Below are positions 50,850-64,000 of a stretch of 64,000 nucleotides of DNA, one piece after another; within the stretch, counting starts at the first letter, position 1, and each line of letters opens with the position of its first letter. The DNA lies in the NCBI GenBank assembly GCA_963514005.1, contig OY740785.1:35588001-35652000 (forward strand), written 5' to 3'. The notes under the pieces are model-generated. The model saw only the letters and a list, made by a program, of their open reading frames with translations, ran no database searches and was not told the DNA's origin. This stretch comes from Raja brachyura. Its lineage: Eukaryota. A program made the translations under genes and the position numbers.

Positions 50850-51975
50850 CATAGTCATAGCCATCAATAGCATTGAAACAGCCTCTTTGGCCCAACTCAC
50901 GCATGCCGACCAAGGTTTCTCCTGAGCTAGTCCCAAATTGCCTATGTTTGGTGCAAATACCTCTAAATTTTCTTATCCATGATCCTGTTCAAATGTCTTT
51001 TAAACATAGTAATTGTTGCAGCTTCTGCAGCTTCCTTAGGCAGCTTATTCCACATACCCAGCAACCTTTATGTGAGCAAGCTGCCCTTCAGGTGTCCTTT
51101 AATTTTTTTCCATGTCAATTAAAATCTATGGCTTCTAATTTTATAATCCCCTACCAAAGGTAAAAGACTATGACCATTTTCATGTTCTTCTTTATTTTAT
51201 ATGCCTCAGCCCCTTATGCTCCAAGGATAAATGCCACAGCCTATCCACTCTCTTATAACTCAAGTCCGACAATACCTGTAATATTATTGTGAATCTTTGC
51301 TGCACCCTTTTCCGCATAATGACATCCTTCGACCTGAGGTTTGCGACTAGAACTGCACATAATTCTCTAAATGTGGTCTCATCAACAACTTGATTGGTTG
51401 TAACATGAAATACTATCGGTTGCAATCAGTATTGTGACTCACCCACATCCTGCATAGTTATAACATGGCATTGTAATGCTTGCAATCCGCACCTTAAGAC
51501 AGGTCTGCTAAATGGCTTCTTCACCAACCAGTCTACCTGTGTAGGTCCACTTTCAGGAAACTATATACTTGTATTCCTTGTTTAAGAGGGTACTGCAGAT
51601 GCTGGAAAATCAAAGATAGACAAAAATGCTGTAGAAACTCAGCGGGTGAGGCAGCATCAATGGAGCAAAGGAAATAGGCAACGTTTCAGGTCGAGACAAT
51701 TCTGAAGAAGGGTCTCGACCTGAAACGTTGCCTATTTCCTTTGTTCCATAGATGCTGCCTCACCCGCTGAGTTTCTCCAGCATTTTTGTCTACTTGTACT
51801 CCATAGTCTCTCTGTCCTTCAACACTGTTCAGGCCCTGCCATTTACTGTATAAGCCCTGCACTGGTTTAAGTAATCAAAATACAATACTTCACACTTGTC
51901 TGAGTTAAATCCATCTTCCATGCTTCGCCCACGTTTCCAGTTAATCTAGATTATGTTGTAATCTTAGATAACGTT
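50850..51975 (-). mobile_element. Old CR1 fragment hosting a fold-back element
   Basis: ORF 51192..51425 KRVQQRFTIIL and a 3' UTR motif at 50850-50950. Confidence 0.7.
51578..51790. mobile_element. Second fold-back Penelope-derived short element with a 12-bp TSD
   Basis: Inverted arms around ~51700. TACTTGTATTCC at 51566-51577 and TACTTGTACTCC at 51791-51802. Core CTGAAGAAGGGTCTCGACCTGAAACGTT at 51702-51729. Confidence 0.8.
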
Positions 51976-52914
51976 CTTCACTGTCCTGCTTTCACTCTAT
52001 TTATGGGTTCTGAAGGGACTGTTGAGGGCAATGTGGTAACTGCAGTCTGTTCCTCAAAGGGCAGGACATGCCTGACAGGGCAGGTAGGTGGGCTGCTTGA
52101 GAAGGTGTACTCATTCTGCCATTTATACAGGCATTTCCTGTGCTTGATGTGTGGAATTAAGGTTCTCACTACCATCACAATTGCTCATCAACATTGAGCG
52201 GACATGAGTTATATAGTCATAGAGTCATACGGCATGGAAACAGGCCCTCTGGCGTACCTTATCCATGCTGACCGAAATGCCACATCTAAGCTAGTCCCAT
52301 TTGCCTCCAGTTGACCCATACAGCTCCAAACCATTCCTGTCTAAACCTTTTTTTTAATGTTGTTATTTACCTGCCTCAACTATCAGCTTCTTCTATGCAC
52401 CCACCACCCTCTGTGCATCTGCAGAGATGCTGTCTGACCTGCTGAATTATTCCAGCTTTTTGTGTCTATCTTCGATTTAAATCAGCAACAGTTCCTTCCT
52501 GCTCAATAAGAGTGTTCCGTTGAGTGCCTTTGAAAATCACTTTGTATACACAGTGTGTGTATACACTCTGAATTCAGATTCCCTCCTGCAAAAATGCATA
52601 AATGTTACCTGTTGTGATATTCTGAGTTCATCTATGGCTATTGTATTTACAATTCATTGCAATTTTATGAAAAAGTGCATGCAGTATCTTTTACTTGTGG
52701 GGCTTTAGATTCAATTGAGTACACTGCCATTCTCCAATAACACTTCAGGGTCCACAGATTGACTAGGACTACAAGCAGCATTCTAATGAAACTGGCCAGA
52801 GGTAGAGAATTGCCTGCAAGACTTGCCATTACTTCCAGTTACGTCTCTCTCCCAATTTTCAGGCATCTGCTCCCCCTCCACAGCATTTACCCAAAATACA
52901 TAGGGAGTTTCCAT

Positions 52915-53140
52915 ATTTAGTTTAATTTAGTTTAGAGATACAGCACGGAAACAAGCTCTTCATCCCACCGGGTCCGCACCGACCAGCAATCCCCACACAT
53001 TAACACTATCCTAGACAAACTAGGGAGAATTTTTACATTTACCATGCCAATTTATCTATAAACATGTACGTCTTTGGAGTGTGGGAGGAAACCGAAGATC
53101 TCGGAGAAAACCCACAAGGTCACGGGGAGAACGTACAAGA
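52915..53140 (-). mobile_element. HE1-type V-SINE (5'-truncated)
   Basis: (TTTAG)n tail, AGAGATACAGCACGGAAACA, and reverse V-domain. Confidence 0.85.
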
Positions 53141-53659
53141 TGCCAGCCAGTTCAACTTCACCAGCACCTGTTGGTTCTTTGACTATCTTTAAATAGTCAG
53201 ACTGCTTTTCTGACATCTGGTGCTACATGAGAAGCAATAGCTTTGGCCTAAGTATAGTGAAGCACAAAGCACTGGTCTTCATGCTCTGAAATCAATGGTT
53301 TTATTCGTCTTTTTTAGCTATCATCATAAACAAAACTGAATTAGAGTCATAGAGTCATACAGTATGGAACAGGCACTTCGGCCCAACTTGCCCACATCGA
53401 CCAATATGTCCCATCTACACTAGTCCCGTATGCCTGTGTTTGGCCCCTATCTCTTTAAATATATCCTAGCCATGTACCTGTCTAAATGTTTCTTAAACAT
53501 TGTAATAGTAGCAATAAGTGTTGCAATAGTATAAGCTTTGAATGACCTTAGTTTCTGAAGAAGGGTCTCGACCCAAAATGTTGCCTATATCCTTCGCTCC
53601 ATAAATGCTGCCTCACCCGCTGCGTTTCTCCAGCATTTTTGTCTACCGTTGTTTCAGAA

Positions 53660-54055
53660 GTGAACTTTGGAGCACACGTTCATCACTAAGACCAAATTCC
53701 AAACTCCATAACATTGCCTTTCTTTGCCTTCTAACTGCTAATTTGATGTGAAGCCCACATTGATGGCTTTGTTACCTCTTGCCTTGGCTATTCTAATGCT
53801 CCCCTCACCGCCTTCTCTTGTTCCAACCAGGTCATCTACACAGAGCCTAGCTCACACCTTATTCATTCATTATAACCTGTACATGTTGGCGTACACCTAC
53901 TCCTAATGTCTCAGTTTTAAACTCTCATTTTCAAACCCTCATTTGTCCTGATACCTGCTTGTAAAAAAAAAGTTTTTTTTTTCGTGTTCATTCCTTATGA
54001 TATTCCATAGGATAGTTTGCTATGTGAAAGACGCTATATCAAAACTGTTGTTGTG
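53660..54055 (+). mobile_element. L2-like LINE 3' remnant
   Basis: Decayed AFVTSRLDYSNALL motif (GCTTTGTTACCTCTTGCCTTGGCTATTCTAATGCTC) and tail AAAGACGCTATAT...GTTGTTGT. Confidence 0.6.
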
Positions 54056-55639
54056 GTTTTATGTGCAGCTGGGGATATTTTATGTGGCACTAGGCCTTCC
54101 AATGCAGCTTCATTTTACATTCTACCCCATTTATTTGGCCATATGTTGTAAAGTAACACTTTTCTTTTTTTAATGCTTTAATGGTAGAGATCATAAACCT
54201 CATAATATCTGCTATTTATTCTACTCTCACTGAAGTACTGAGAATGTATTGTGGCTTTGAGTATGTGGCATGGACAAATTTATTTTCTGTTTCAGCAGAG
54301 ACGTTGGCACATGGCCCCTGTGAAAGATCTGGCTTGTCCCATAGCACCCACAGCCAGGTACCTTTCGAGATTATTTTGTGCTTCAGGATTAACCTATTGC
54401 AGTATCATCCATACCACAGCTTACCACACATCACCCACCTCAGTTATACCCAAAGTTGCAACCTTTTCTTACACCTCACGTAAAGTACAAATAATATAAT
54501 ATTTCAGGCTGGATAATAGCTTATTATCCTTTAACTTTGCTGAAGTTTCCCATTATCAAAAGTACTATATCTAGTTCTATATCTTTCACACTTGATTTTA
54601 TTTTTTCTTGTTACAGTCACATTAATTTTTCTTCCTTGGACATTTATGCTGTACGGCAGCTATGAGTAGTATTGTCACTACTAGACCTGGTGACAATGAG
54701 GTTAACTGGGCAATTTGCTCCAGAGGTGTACAGTATGTTTTCATAACATAATATGCCAACTGTAGAATTTCCAAGTTGACAATTTTATACCATTTTTTTC
54801 AATATCCTTGCAGCAATGATGTCATATTCATTATCACTGTGTGTGAAAACCATAATGGAGGAAAGTCACCAGCAGGCAGTCTCTTTGCTGACAGCTGCTG
54901 CCAGCATGAAAGCAAATCCCAAGGTGAACAACAACATCCCATTGCAATAACAGTATGTATCCTGGAAAGTAACAAATACCCTGGAGTGGTTTCAATGCAG
55001 CCAATATACCATTGGCTTTAAGCTGATAGCTATATCTCTTGAGCTTCGCTCCAGAGTTTTTGCCATGATCTGGATGATCCCATTTATAAGTTTCTTCACT
55101 GCGGTAATTAGGAATCAAAGTCACCCACATATTTGGATCCTTTCTCCCATTTTGGATGGGTGGACATTGTTACCTTTGCAGATTCAATATAAGAAAATAT
55201 TCAATGGGGATCCTGCCTTCAATGCTAATACCACTGTAATTATCAAAATTTGTAAAAGATGCTGTCATTGATATATTTATGTCAGTCAGTTGGATGAAAG
55301 TTGGAAAGATGCTAAATGGGAACAATGATAATAAGATAAGCCGTTTTATTGATTCCAGTTTTGACTTCAACTATTTCAAGCCATCAATGGTATCCATTTT
55401 TGGTGCAGCTCAACGCACCTTGATTGATTCTTCTCCTGTCTCTGGAATTCACTCGAATCAACCACATGCTCCTCCACCAATGCACTTAAGGTACAATATA
55501 AAGTTCCCTTTCGAGTTGCTGTCTCCATCTGAATCTATATTTGACCCTGAGCTACATTCTAAACACCATTCCCTATCTGTTGCTGCAGTTGCTCACTTTC
55601 ACCTATCCAGTAACACACATCTGCATTCACCACAACTCT

Positions 55640-55945
55640 TTAGACTTTAGAGATAGAGCATGGAAACAGACCCTTAATCACATAGAATTTGTGCGGACCA
55701 GTAATCACCTCCGTAACTAACCTACACACACAGGGTACAATTTTACAACGTACCAAAGCCAATTAACCTACATATCTGTACATCTTTGGAGTGTGGGAGG
55801 AAACCAGGAAACCCGGAGAAACCCACACAGTCACAGGGAGAATTACAAATTCCGTACAGACAGCAGTCAGGATCACTGCTGGTCTCTGGCATTGTAAGGG
55901 TCTCTGGCACTGTAAGGCAGCAACTCTACCGCTGTGCCACCAAGC
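55640..55945 (-). mobile_element. HE1-type V-SINE
   Basis: Reverse V-domain, with an internal 19-bp duplication GGTCTCTGGCA(T/C)TGTAAGG. Confidence 0.85.
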
Positions 55946-56044
55946 CGCCCCATGGTGCCACTGTGCTGCGTGTCACTTCAGCAATTTTGGAAGCTCCCAT
56001 ATGTTTTGCAACCTTCAATTTAACTTGAACTGCCTTGGTTATAA

Positions 56045-58530
56045 TTAGACAATAGACAATAGACAATAGACAATAGGTGCTGGAGAAGACCATTCGGCCC
56101 TTCGAGCCAGCACTGCCATTCAATGTGATCATGGCTGGTCATCCCCAATCAGTACCCTGTTCCTGCCTTCGCCACATATCCCCTGACTCCACTATCTTTA
56201 AGAGCACTATCTAGCCCTCTCTTGAAAGTATCCAGAGAACTGACCTCCACCGCCCTCTGAAGCAGAGAATTTCATACTCACAACTCTTTGTGAGAAAAAG
56301 TCTTTCCTCGTCTCTATTCTAAATGGCTTACCCCTTATTCTGAAACTGTGGCCCCTGGTTCTGGACTCCCCCAACATCGGGAACATGTTTCCTGCCTCTA
56401 GCGTGTCCAACCCTTAATATTCTTACATGTTTCAAGAAGATCCCCTCATATCTTTCTAAACTCCAGATTATACAAGTCCAACCACTCCATTCTCTGAGCA
56501 TATGACAGTCCCGCCATCCTGGGAATTACCCTTATAAACCTACACTGTACTCCCTCAATAGCAAGAATATCCTTCCTCAAATATGGGGACCAAAACTGCA
56601 CACAATATTCCAGGTGTGGTCTCACTAGGGTCCTGTACAACTGCAGAAGGATCTCTTTGCTCCAATACTCAAATCCTCTTGTTATAAAGGTCAATGTGCC
56701 ATTCACTTTCTTCACTGCCTGCTTCGTAAATCCATGCTGACCTGGACCGATCCTGTTACTGCTATCCAAATGTGCGGCTATTTCATCTTTTATAATTGAC
56801 TCCAGCACCTTCCCCACCACCGATGTCATGCTAACTGGTCTATAATTCCCTGATTTCTCTCTCCTGCCATTCTTAAAAAGTGGGATAACATTAGCTACCC
56901 TCCAATCCACAGGAACTGATCCTGAATCTATAGAACATTGGGAAATTATCACCACTACATCCACGATTTCTAGAGCCCCTTCTTTAAGTACCCTGTGATG
57001 CAGACCATCAGGCTCTGGGGATTTATCAGCCTTCAGTCCCATCAGTCTACCCAGCACCATTTCCTGCCTAATGTGGATTTCCTTCAGTTCCTCTGCCACC
57101 CCAGATCCTCTGGCCACTAGTACATCAAGAAGATTGTTTGTGTCCCCCCTAGTGAAGACGGATCCAAAGTGCCTGTTCAACTCATCTGCCACTTCCTTGT
57201 TCTCCATCTTTTTTCAGTCTCCAAGGGACCAACTTTGGTCTTAACTAATTTTTTCCTCTTCACATACCTAAAGATGCTTTTACTATCCTCCTTTTATTCT
57301 TGGCTAGCTTACGATCATACCTCATCTTTTCTCCCCATATTGCCTTTTTAGTTATCTTCTGTTGCTCGTTAAACATTACCCAATCCTCTTGCTTCCCGCT
57401 CATCTTTGCTACGTTGTACTTCCTCTATTTTATTTTGATACTGTCCCTGACGTCCCTTGTCAGCCACGGTCGCCCCTTACTCCAGCTTGGAATCTTTTGT
57501 CCTCTTTGGAATGAACTGATCCTGCACCTTCTGTATTATTCCCAGAAATACCTGCCATTGTTATTCCACTGTCATCCCTGCTAGGGTATCTTTCCAGTGA
57601 ACTTTGGCCAGATCCCCCCTCATGGCTCCATAGTCCCCTTTATTCAACTGTAACACAGACACCTTCGATTTACCATTCTCCCTTTCCAATTGTAGATTAA
57701 ACCTGACTATATTATGGTCACTACTTCCAAATGGCTCCTTAACCTCAAGTTTCTTTATCAAATCTGGTTCATTACTTAACACTAAATCCAGAATTGCATT
57801 CTCCCTGGTAGGCTCCAATACAAGCTGCTCGAAGAATCCATCATGGAGGCATTCCACAAACTCACTTTCTTGGGGTCCAGTACCAACCTGATTTTCCCAG
57901 TCTACCTGCATGTTGAAATCTCCCATAACAACCGTAGCATTACCTTTACTAAATGCCAATTTTAACTCCTGATTCAATTTGCACCCTATATCCAGACTAC
58001 TGTTTGGGGGCCTGTAGATAAGTCGCATTAGGGTCTTTTTACCTTTACAATTCCTTAGTTCTATCCATACTGACTCCACATCTTCTGTTTCAATGTTACC
58101 CCTTGCAAGGGACTGAATTTCATTCCTTACCAACAGAGCTACCTCACGCCCCTTCTGCCTACCTGTCTGTCTTTTCGATAGGAGCTATACCCTTGTATAT
58201 TCAGTTCCCAGCCCTGGTCCTCTTGCAGCCATGTCTCTGTAATTCCCACAACATCATAATTGCCAATTTCTAACTGAGCTTGTTCACTTTATTTCTTATA
58301 CTTTGCGCGTTCATATACAACACTTTGACCTTCCCTCTCGCACCGCTCGCAATTGGCCCTGACCTTACTCTCTTCTCTCTTCTCAAACTTTCCTTCCCAT
58401 TAGTTTGAGTCTTTTGTAACTTTTCCTGTACTCACTTCTCCTTTAACTCCATGTTTATACTCCCAATTTGTCAATCCGTCCCCCCCACTATTTAGTTTCA
58501 ACCCACACGTGTAGACTTAGCAAACCTGCC
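56045..58530 (-). mobile_element. CR1 LINE with AP endonuclease and an internally deleted RT
   Basis: ORF 57561..58133 (ESVWIEL, YRPPNS, MGDFN, ILDLVL, SSDHN) and ORF 56446..57207 (GNYRPVS...QHGFTK joined directly to QAVKKVNG), with a (TCTATTG)n tail. Confidence 0.95.
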
Positions 58531-58939
58531 TGCCTGCCTTCTGAAGTTATTTTCCCAAATCCCCCCACCTTGTTGTCTTCCTTTAAAACAGACCCTTAAA
58601 ACCTTCTTCAATCAATCTCTTGGCAACACTATGTTATCTTTATATAGCTATCTCATTGTCAAACTATATTTAGCAATAGTCCCTTCATGTTTTACCATGC
58701 TGAAGATATTTTATGAATTTATATGGCTGTAGTTTTAAAATGTATAAAGTTATTCTAAAGCTACACTTGTGCGTAATGTGCACGCAGCCTCATGACTACA
58801 TTGGGGAGATGTTATGTGCCACGTAAATTCTGGAATCAGTAAACCTTGAAACGAATGTTACTCAAAGGGAATCACAGAAAAATCTTTAAAACTCCTTCAG
58901 ATTAATTCCTAATTTTACCAGGAAATTCACTATCCATCA

Positions 58940-59162
58940 TTCAGAGGGTTCTGGGTATATGGAATGAGCTGAAAGACGAGGTAATTGTGGCAGGTACTAT
59001 AACAAGATTTAAAAGACACTTGGACAGGTACAAGCATAGGAAACATTTATAGGGATGTGGGATAAATGTGGGCAAATGGGACTAATTTAGATGTGGTATC
59101 TTGGTCGGCATTGATGAGTTGGGCCAAAGGGTTTGTTTTCGTGCTGTATGACTCTATGACTC
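58940..59162 (+). mobile_element. CR1 3' fragment
   Basis: CAGAGGGT...TGGAATGAGCTG...TTTAAAAGACACTTGGACAGGTAC...(CTATGACT)n. Confidence 0.8.
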
Positions 59163-60429
59163 TTAAGTGAAATATTAGTTGTAGATACAAAAAAAGCAGG
59201 CATCGGTTTACAAAAAAAGACTGGAGTAACTCAGTGGGTCAGGCAGCATCTCTGGAGAAAATGGATGGGCGACACTTTCAGCCTCGAAACTTTAGCTATT
59301 CATGTTCTGCAGAGATGCCGCCTGACTCGCAGAGTTACTCCAAGACCTTGTGACTTGAAATATCAAATGCTTATGTTTACATAACCTAAGTGGGAATCCA
59401 GACCCACCAATATAAATGCCATCTGCACTGGCCAAGCCAATAACTTAGTTTCATTAAATGCTGGTTTTGTCAGTGATATCCCAACCTAAATATTAAAACA
59501 AATGTTTAAATTTGCCCCTTTTGAAACATCTTATATTGCCTAGTCCAAATGATATTCACATATACAAGATTAATCCCTCATTACGATGTATGGAATAGAC
59601 TCAGTGAATCAGTTAATCTCATTTAAAAACCTTTATGGAGAAAGTTGTGTTGTTCAATCAAGAAATTATGTTTCTTTATTGACACTCTATTAATATAATA
59701 CATTGTATTTTCAGATTGAACACTGACAGAAATAAAGCTATTTCGATAGAAATAATTAACTGATAGAATTAATGTCTAAGTTAACAAAGAAACTCCCAGT
59801 GTGATAGCGTGATTCAGCATCTACAGGGCTCTACTTATTAAAAGTTAATAATATATTCAGTGAGCTGGAACATATTTAGATTTAGCCGACGGTTCCACAG
59901 TATAAGTGGAAACTGGCGATGAGCTGGAGGTCAGATCCTGTGGTATATGATCGTCTGCTTCACTGCTGGACAAACCTCTGGATGCTTTTAATTAATCTCT
60001 GTTATTCTAAAGTTCTTAATTAATTAGCTTTCTTTTTTAATTACTTTTAATAATTGCTAATTTAAGCATGATTTGAGTTTTAGATTACCAGTGACATTTT
60101 GACTGTAAAGATATTCTAGGCCAGGGCCTTCATATCTGCTGCCTGAAGTCTTTTTATTGCTTTGAGCCTGTTCTGCTTCATGCGATGACAGTCTGTTTGG
60201 AAGATGAGCTTTAGGCATTTCTCCACATTCATTAGTGGGAAATTTGGCTCAACAGATGCAGAGCTTTCTGCAGTGAACTAGCTCTAGGAAAATCCCGGAT
60301 TATGTCTCGAATTGGTATAAAGCTATTACTGCTAATTTTACGTTGAACTTAAAATGGTAGCATCTTCAGAAAGATGTTCACTTAATTCCTGTTCAACCAA
60401 AGAGTTACTGAAATTTTACCAGGCATGTC

Positions 60430-60632
60430 ATCAGAAACTCTGGAAACATTGCTCCAGTTTCCTCCCACACTCCAATGATGTACAGGTTTATAGTTTAATT
60501 GGCTTTGGTAGACTTGTAATATTGTCCCTGGGGTGTAGGATAGTGTTAGTGTATGGGGGTGATCACTGGTCAGCGCAGACTCGATGGGCCAAAGTTCCTG
60601 TTTCTGCACTGTATCTCTAAAGTAAAGTAAAG
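60430..60632 (+). mobile_element. HE1-type V-SINE 3' part
   Basis: TGCTCCAGTTTCCTCCCACACTCCAA...GTATCTCTAAAGTAAAGTAAAG. Confidence 0.8.
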
Positions 60633-61349
60633 ACACATTTTCTGATATCTCTGGTGTCTGACTCTCTGTGAAATTTCAATCGAGTGGGAGATTTTCAAGA
60701 TGCTGATAATCTGAGACCACTTTCTCATCAAAACAATCTCTCTGTGAAAATAGATGAAATGGGACTCATAATTTTATAAGGTCTCATAAAAAAATAACAT
60801 CCTCCCTGACTCGTGATCTCTCAAAATGGAAAAGGGGCTTCCAGAATAACATGTTGCACCCTTAGCCTCTTCATCGGGACCACACTGCCCAGCAAAAACA
60901 GAAGCACCACCTCTCACACCAATGTGCTGAATTATTATTCTATATCTGGTTAGTAAAACTCATCAGTTTAAGGATCTTCTGAACTATAATCTTTCTGTCC
61001 ATTGAGAGCTATTCATTGGAGCTCTCTCTGCAGCATCTCTTTCCCTTTCTCAGCAGCTTTTACCACCATGAGCTCCAAACTTCCTTTAATACCATTAAAG
61101 TGAATGTTCTTGTTAAAATAATTCCCCGTTTTAATGTCAATGCCTTAGGCATTCATGTCAAAAACTTACCATGATCAAATTTTAATTATTTGAAAGATGC
61201 CAGGTCTGCTAATTTGTATCAAAATTTAATTTTATTTTGTGTGGTTGCAGCTAACACAAGAAATATAGTCCAGATAGCCATTAAGACACTCTAAAGCATT
61301 GTGAAAGAAAGGTACATGCCAATAATGATAGCCTAAGAATTTTGATTGA

Positions 61350-61905
61350 TGAGTGCCTTACAGCTCCAGAGACCCGGGATTGGTCCTGACTACGGGTGGT
61401 GTGAATGAAGTTTGTATGATTTTCCTGTGACTGTGTGGGTTTTCTCTGGGTGCTCCATTTTCCTCCCACACTCCAAAGATGTACAGTTTTGTAATTTAAT
61501 TGGCTTCAGTAGAATTGTAAAATTATCCCTAGTGTGTGGGATCATGTTAGTGTACGGGGTGATCGCTGGTCGGCACAGACTCGGTGGGCTGAAGGGCCTG
61601 TTTCCGCGCTTTATCTCAAAAGTAAAGTAAAGACTTACATTGTCTTTAACCTTACAGCATCAGAGACCCGGGTTCCATCCTGACCACGGAATTTGTATGT
61701 TCTTCCTGTGACCGCGTGGGTTTTCGCCAGGTGCTCTGGTTTCCTCCCACAATGCAAAGATGTATAAGTTTGCTGGTTAACTGGCTTTGGTAAAATTATA
61801 AATTGTCCCTATTGTACAGGATAGTGCTAGTGATCGCTGGTCGCGCGGACTTGATGGGCCGAACAGCCTGTTGCCGCTCTGCACCTCTAAAGTCAAAAGT
61901 AAAGT
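61350..61905 (+). mobile_element. Two tandem HE1-type V-SINEs (61350-61632 and 61650-61905)
   Basis: Each begins CCTTACAGC...AGAGACCCGGG, carries the V-domain and ends in (AAAGT)n. Confidence 0.85.
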
Positions 61906-62599
61906 CTCAAGACTGGAGCAATTGTGTGCATCTCTAATAGATTTGGCAATTTCAATGTGCCCTTATACTGTAAATGGCTTGATTGTAATCATGTATTGTC
62001 TTTCTGGTGACTGGTAAGCATGCAACAAAAGCTTTTCACTGTACCTCGGTACACGTGACAATAAACTGTTTTATGGATGTAAGCCTTAGAGGACAAAACC
62101 AGAGCCATCAGGCAAATGGACATGATGGTATGAAAAACCATCAACCAATATTAGACCACTTAAGAAAACTATACATTGAAGCTCACAAGCTGGAAAGTCC
62201 ATTGTTCAGTTACCTTGAAAGTTACCTTGTTCAGTTTTCTTAAAATCGATCAAAGAGTTTACCACTGGTATTTTCATAAATTAAAATGGCAACAAAATCC
62301 ACCAAGTAGGATGCTTCACATCAGGCACCTTCTGAAGGGTGCACATTACACAAGCTCTGCCCCTAGGCATGTAAAACATAAATATGGATCATATGCAGAG
62401 AGTAGTGGTCCCATTTATATTCTGTAATATCTTGTCTGCCTGAAATGCAAGGATATTCTGTCCACATCTCTGGCACTGGTTGGAAATGGTAGAAGCATTT
62501 AAAGTTATGTCTTTGCACACTAACTTATGTATCTGTGTTGCTGCCCACAGGAATCCCTGAACATGTACACTAGAGTGCCTGTCTCCCAATATTCTCCAT

Positions 62600-63520
62600 C
62601 CTTTACTGAATATATCGTACCTTTATTAGTCCTTCTAAAACACAACAACTAACACTTACCGGGATTAAATTCTACTTGTCATTGCTCTTTCATTTTATCA
62701 ACTCATCAGTATTGTTATGGGAGCTAAGACTACCCTCCTCACTAGCAACAACATCATCAATGTTCTTGTCATTTGCAAACTCATCAATTGTTACTCCTAT
62801 TTTTAAATACAAATAGTTAATGTATTTAAAAAATTGTAAGGGCAGCAATCCCTGTGGTACACCACTGGTCACAGGCTACCAATTGGAAAAATAATATTTC
62901 ACCATCATCATTTTGCTCCGACACTAATGCCCATTTTGGAATCATTTGTTCCTAATTTCTCCTGTATTACATGTGGTTTAATCTTTTGGAACAGTCTTCC
63001 TTGCCCAGTCTTACTGGCGTCCATGTAGACTACATCAATTTGACCACCCTCATAATACCCCTTTTTAACTAATTGAAAAATGTAAAATTGGTTAGGCAGG
63101 ACTACCCCTAAAAATCCACGCTGAATATCTTTGAGTGATACCTGGATTAATCAGGTTCCTCAGTTTTATTTTTAACAATAAGTTCCCTAATACTGAATTA
63201 GACTCACAGTCCTGCAATTGCCTGTCTTATCTCTGTTGCCTTTATTTAAAAGCACCACCATTGTTGACTGTTGGATATCAGACACTTCATTTGTGGTGAG
63301 ATTAAAACATTTAGCCATAGCTCCAGTTATCTCTTCCATTGCCTCGTGCAACTACCTGGAATGTATCCCATCAAGCCACAGGGAATTATCCACATCTGAG
63401 TACTCCTCTACAGTTTCCATGCCATTGGGTGTCTCCTGTTTTCATTTATTCATACCGACCATACAATTTTTTTCCCCTTTATCCTACCTTGCAGTCAAGT
63501 CTTTTGCAAATCTTTGTCCT
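62600..63520 (-). mobile_element. Old CR1 RT remnant
   Basis: ORF 62690..62872 VTSGVPQG...FANDKNI. Confidence 0.75.
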
Positions 63521-63595
63521 TAACGTTCTATTTTCCAGGAACACCTTGGCCTTGAATTTTCACTATAACATTCATGAATTATTTTGACATGCTTT

Positions 63596-64000
63596 ATAGA
63601 CAAGACAAGACAAGAGACATTTATTGTCACATGCACCAATTGGTACAGTGAAACTTGTGGTCACCTTACAGCCATACGAAAAAAGAGCACAGAACACGAT
63701 AGTCTTCGACATAGATATCCCCACACAGCAGAATCAAAGTTCCCACTGTAAGGAAAGGCACCAAATTTCAGTCATCCTCCTCTGTTGTCCTCTGTTGTTC
63801 TCCCATGGTCGGGGGGCTCCCAAACCCCTCACTGTCGCCGCTATAGGCAGCCCAATGTTCAGGCCCGCTCGCCAGTTGATGGAACTCTGATGTCGGAACG
63901 GGGGAACATTCTCAGCAGCTTGGACTTCCGAATCGGCCATTTCCTACCGGTGACCGTGGCTCGCGAAGTCCACAGGCCGAGCTGGGCGGAGATTCACGCT
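63596..64000 (-). mobile_element. Young CpG-rich non-LTR element 3' end running off the window
   Basis: (CTTGT)n tail after TTTCACTGTACCAATTGGTGCATGTGACAATAAA. Related tails at ~21385-21442 (-) and ~61960-62067 (+). Confidence 0.6.

Noticed and set aside
62358-62369. Isolated AP-2 site TGCCCCTAGGCA
   Set aside because: A single motif is expected by chance in 64 kb and has no supporting cluster.

Overview
This is eukaryotic, vertebrate DNA. The HE1/V-SINEs and CR1 (HER1-like) LINEs point to a cartilaginous fish, probably a skate or ray (inference). The only host gene I can support is TFAP2D (transcription factor AP-2 delta) on the minus strand, with coding exons 1-4 at 38077-38039, 37623-37126, 34410-34350 and 16111-15946, canonical GT/AG sites and a continuous reading frame. 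I could not find exons 5-8 in the window. The promoter lies in a ~14 kb AT-rich domain that retains CpG and is poor in transposons. The rest is intron and upstream DNA full of CR1 and L2 fragments, HE1 and Deu-type SINEs, Penelope-like fragments and a 1.5 kb TG-rich minisatellite. Most ORFs in the supplied track are transposon remnants or noise. Best leads: (1) ~213-bp fold-back Penelope-derived elements with long TSDs and hammerhead-ribozyme-like cores; (2) a decayed class I endogenous retrovirus in intron 4; (3) a cluster of AP-2 binding motifs inside TFAP2D intron 3; (4) an inverted-duplication scar; (5) a 1-kb TIR element with a 3-bp TSD nested in a SINE. No prokaryotic system is present. 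Repeat boundaries are approximate and were read by eye.
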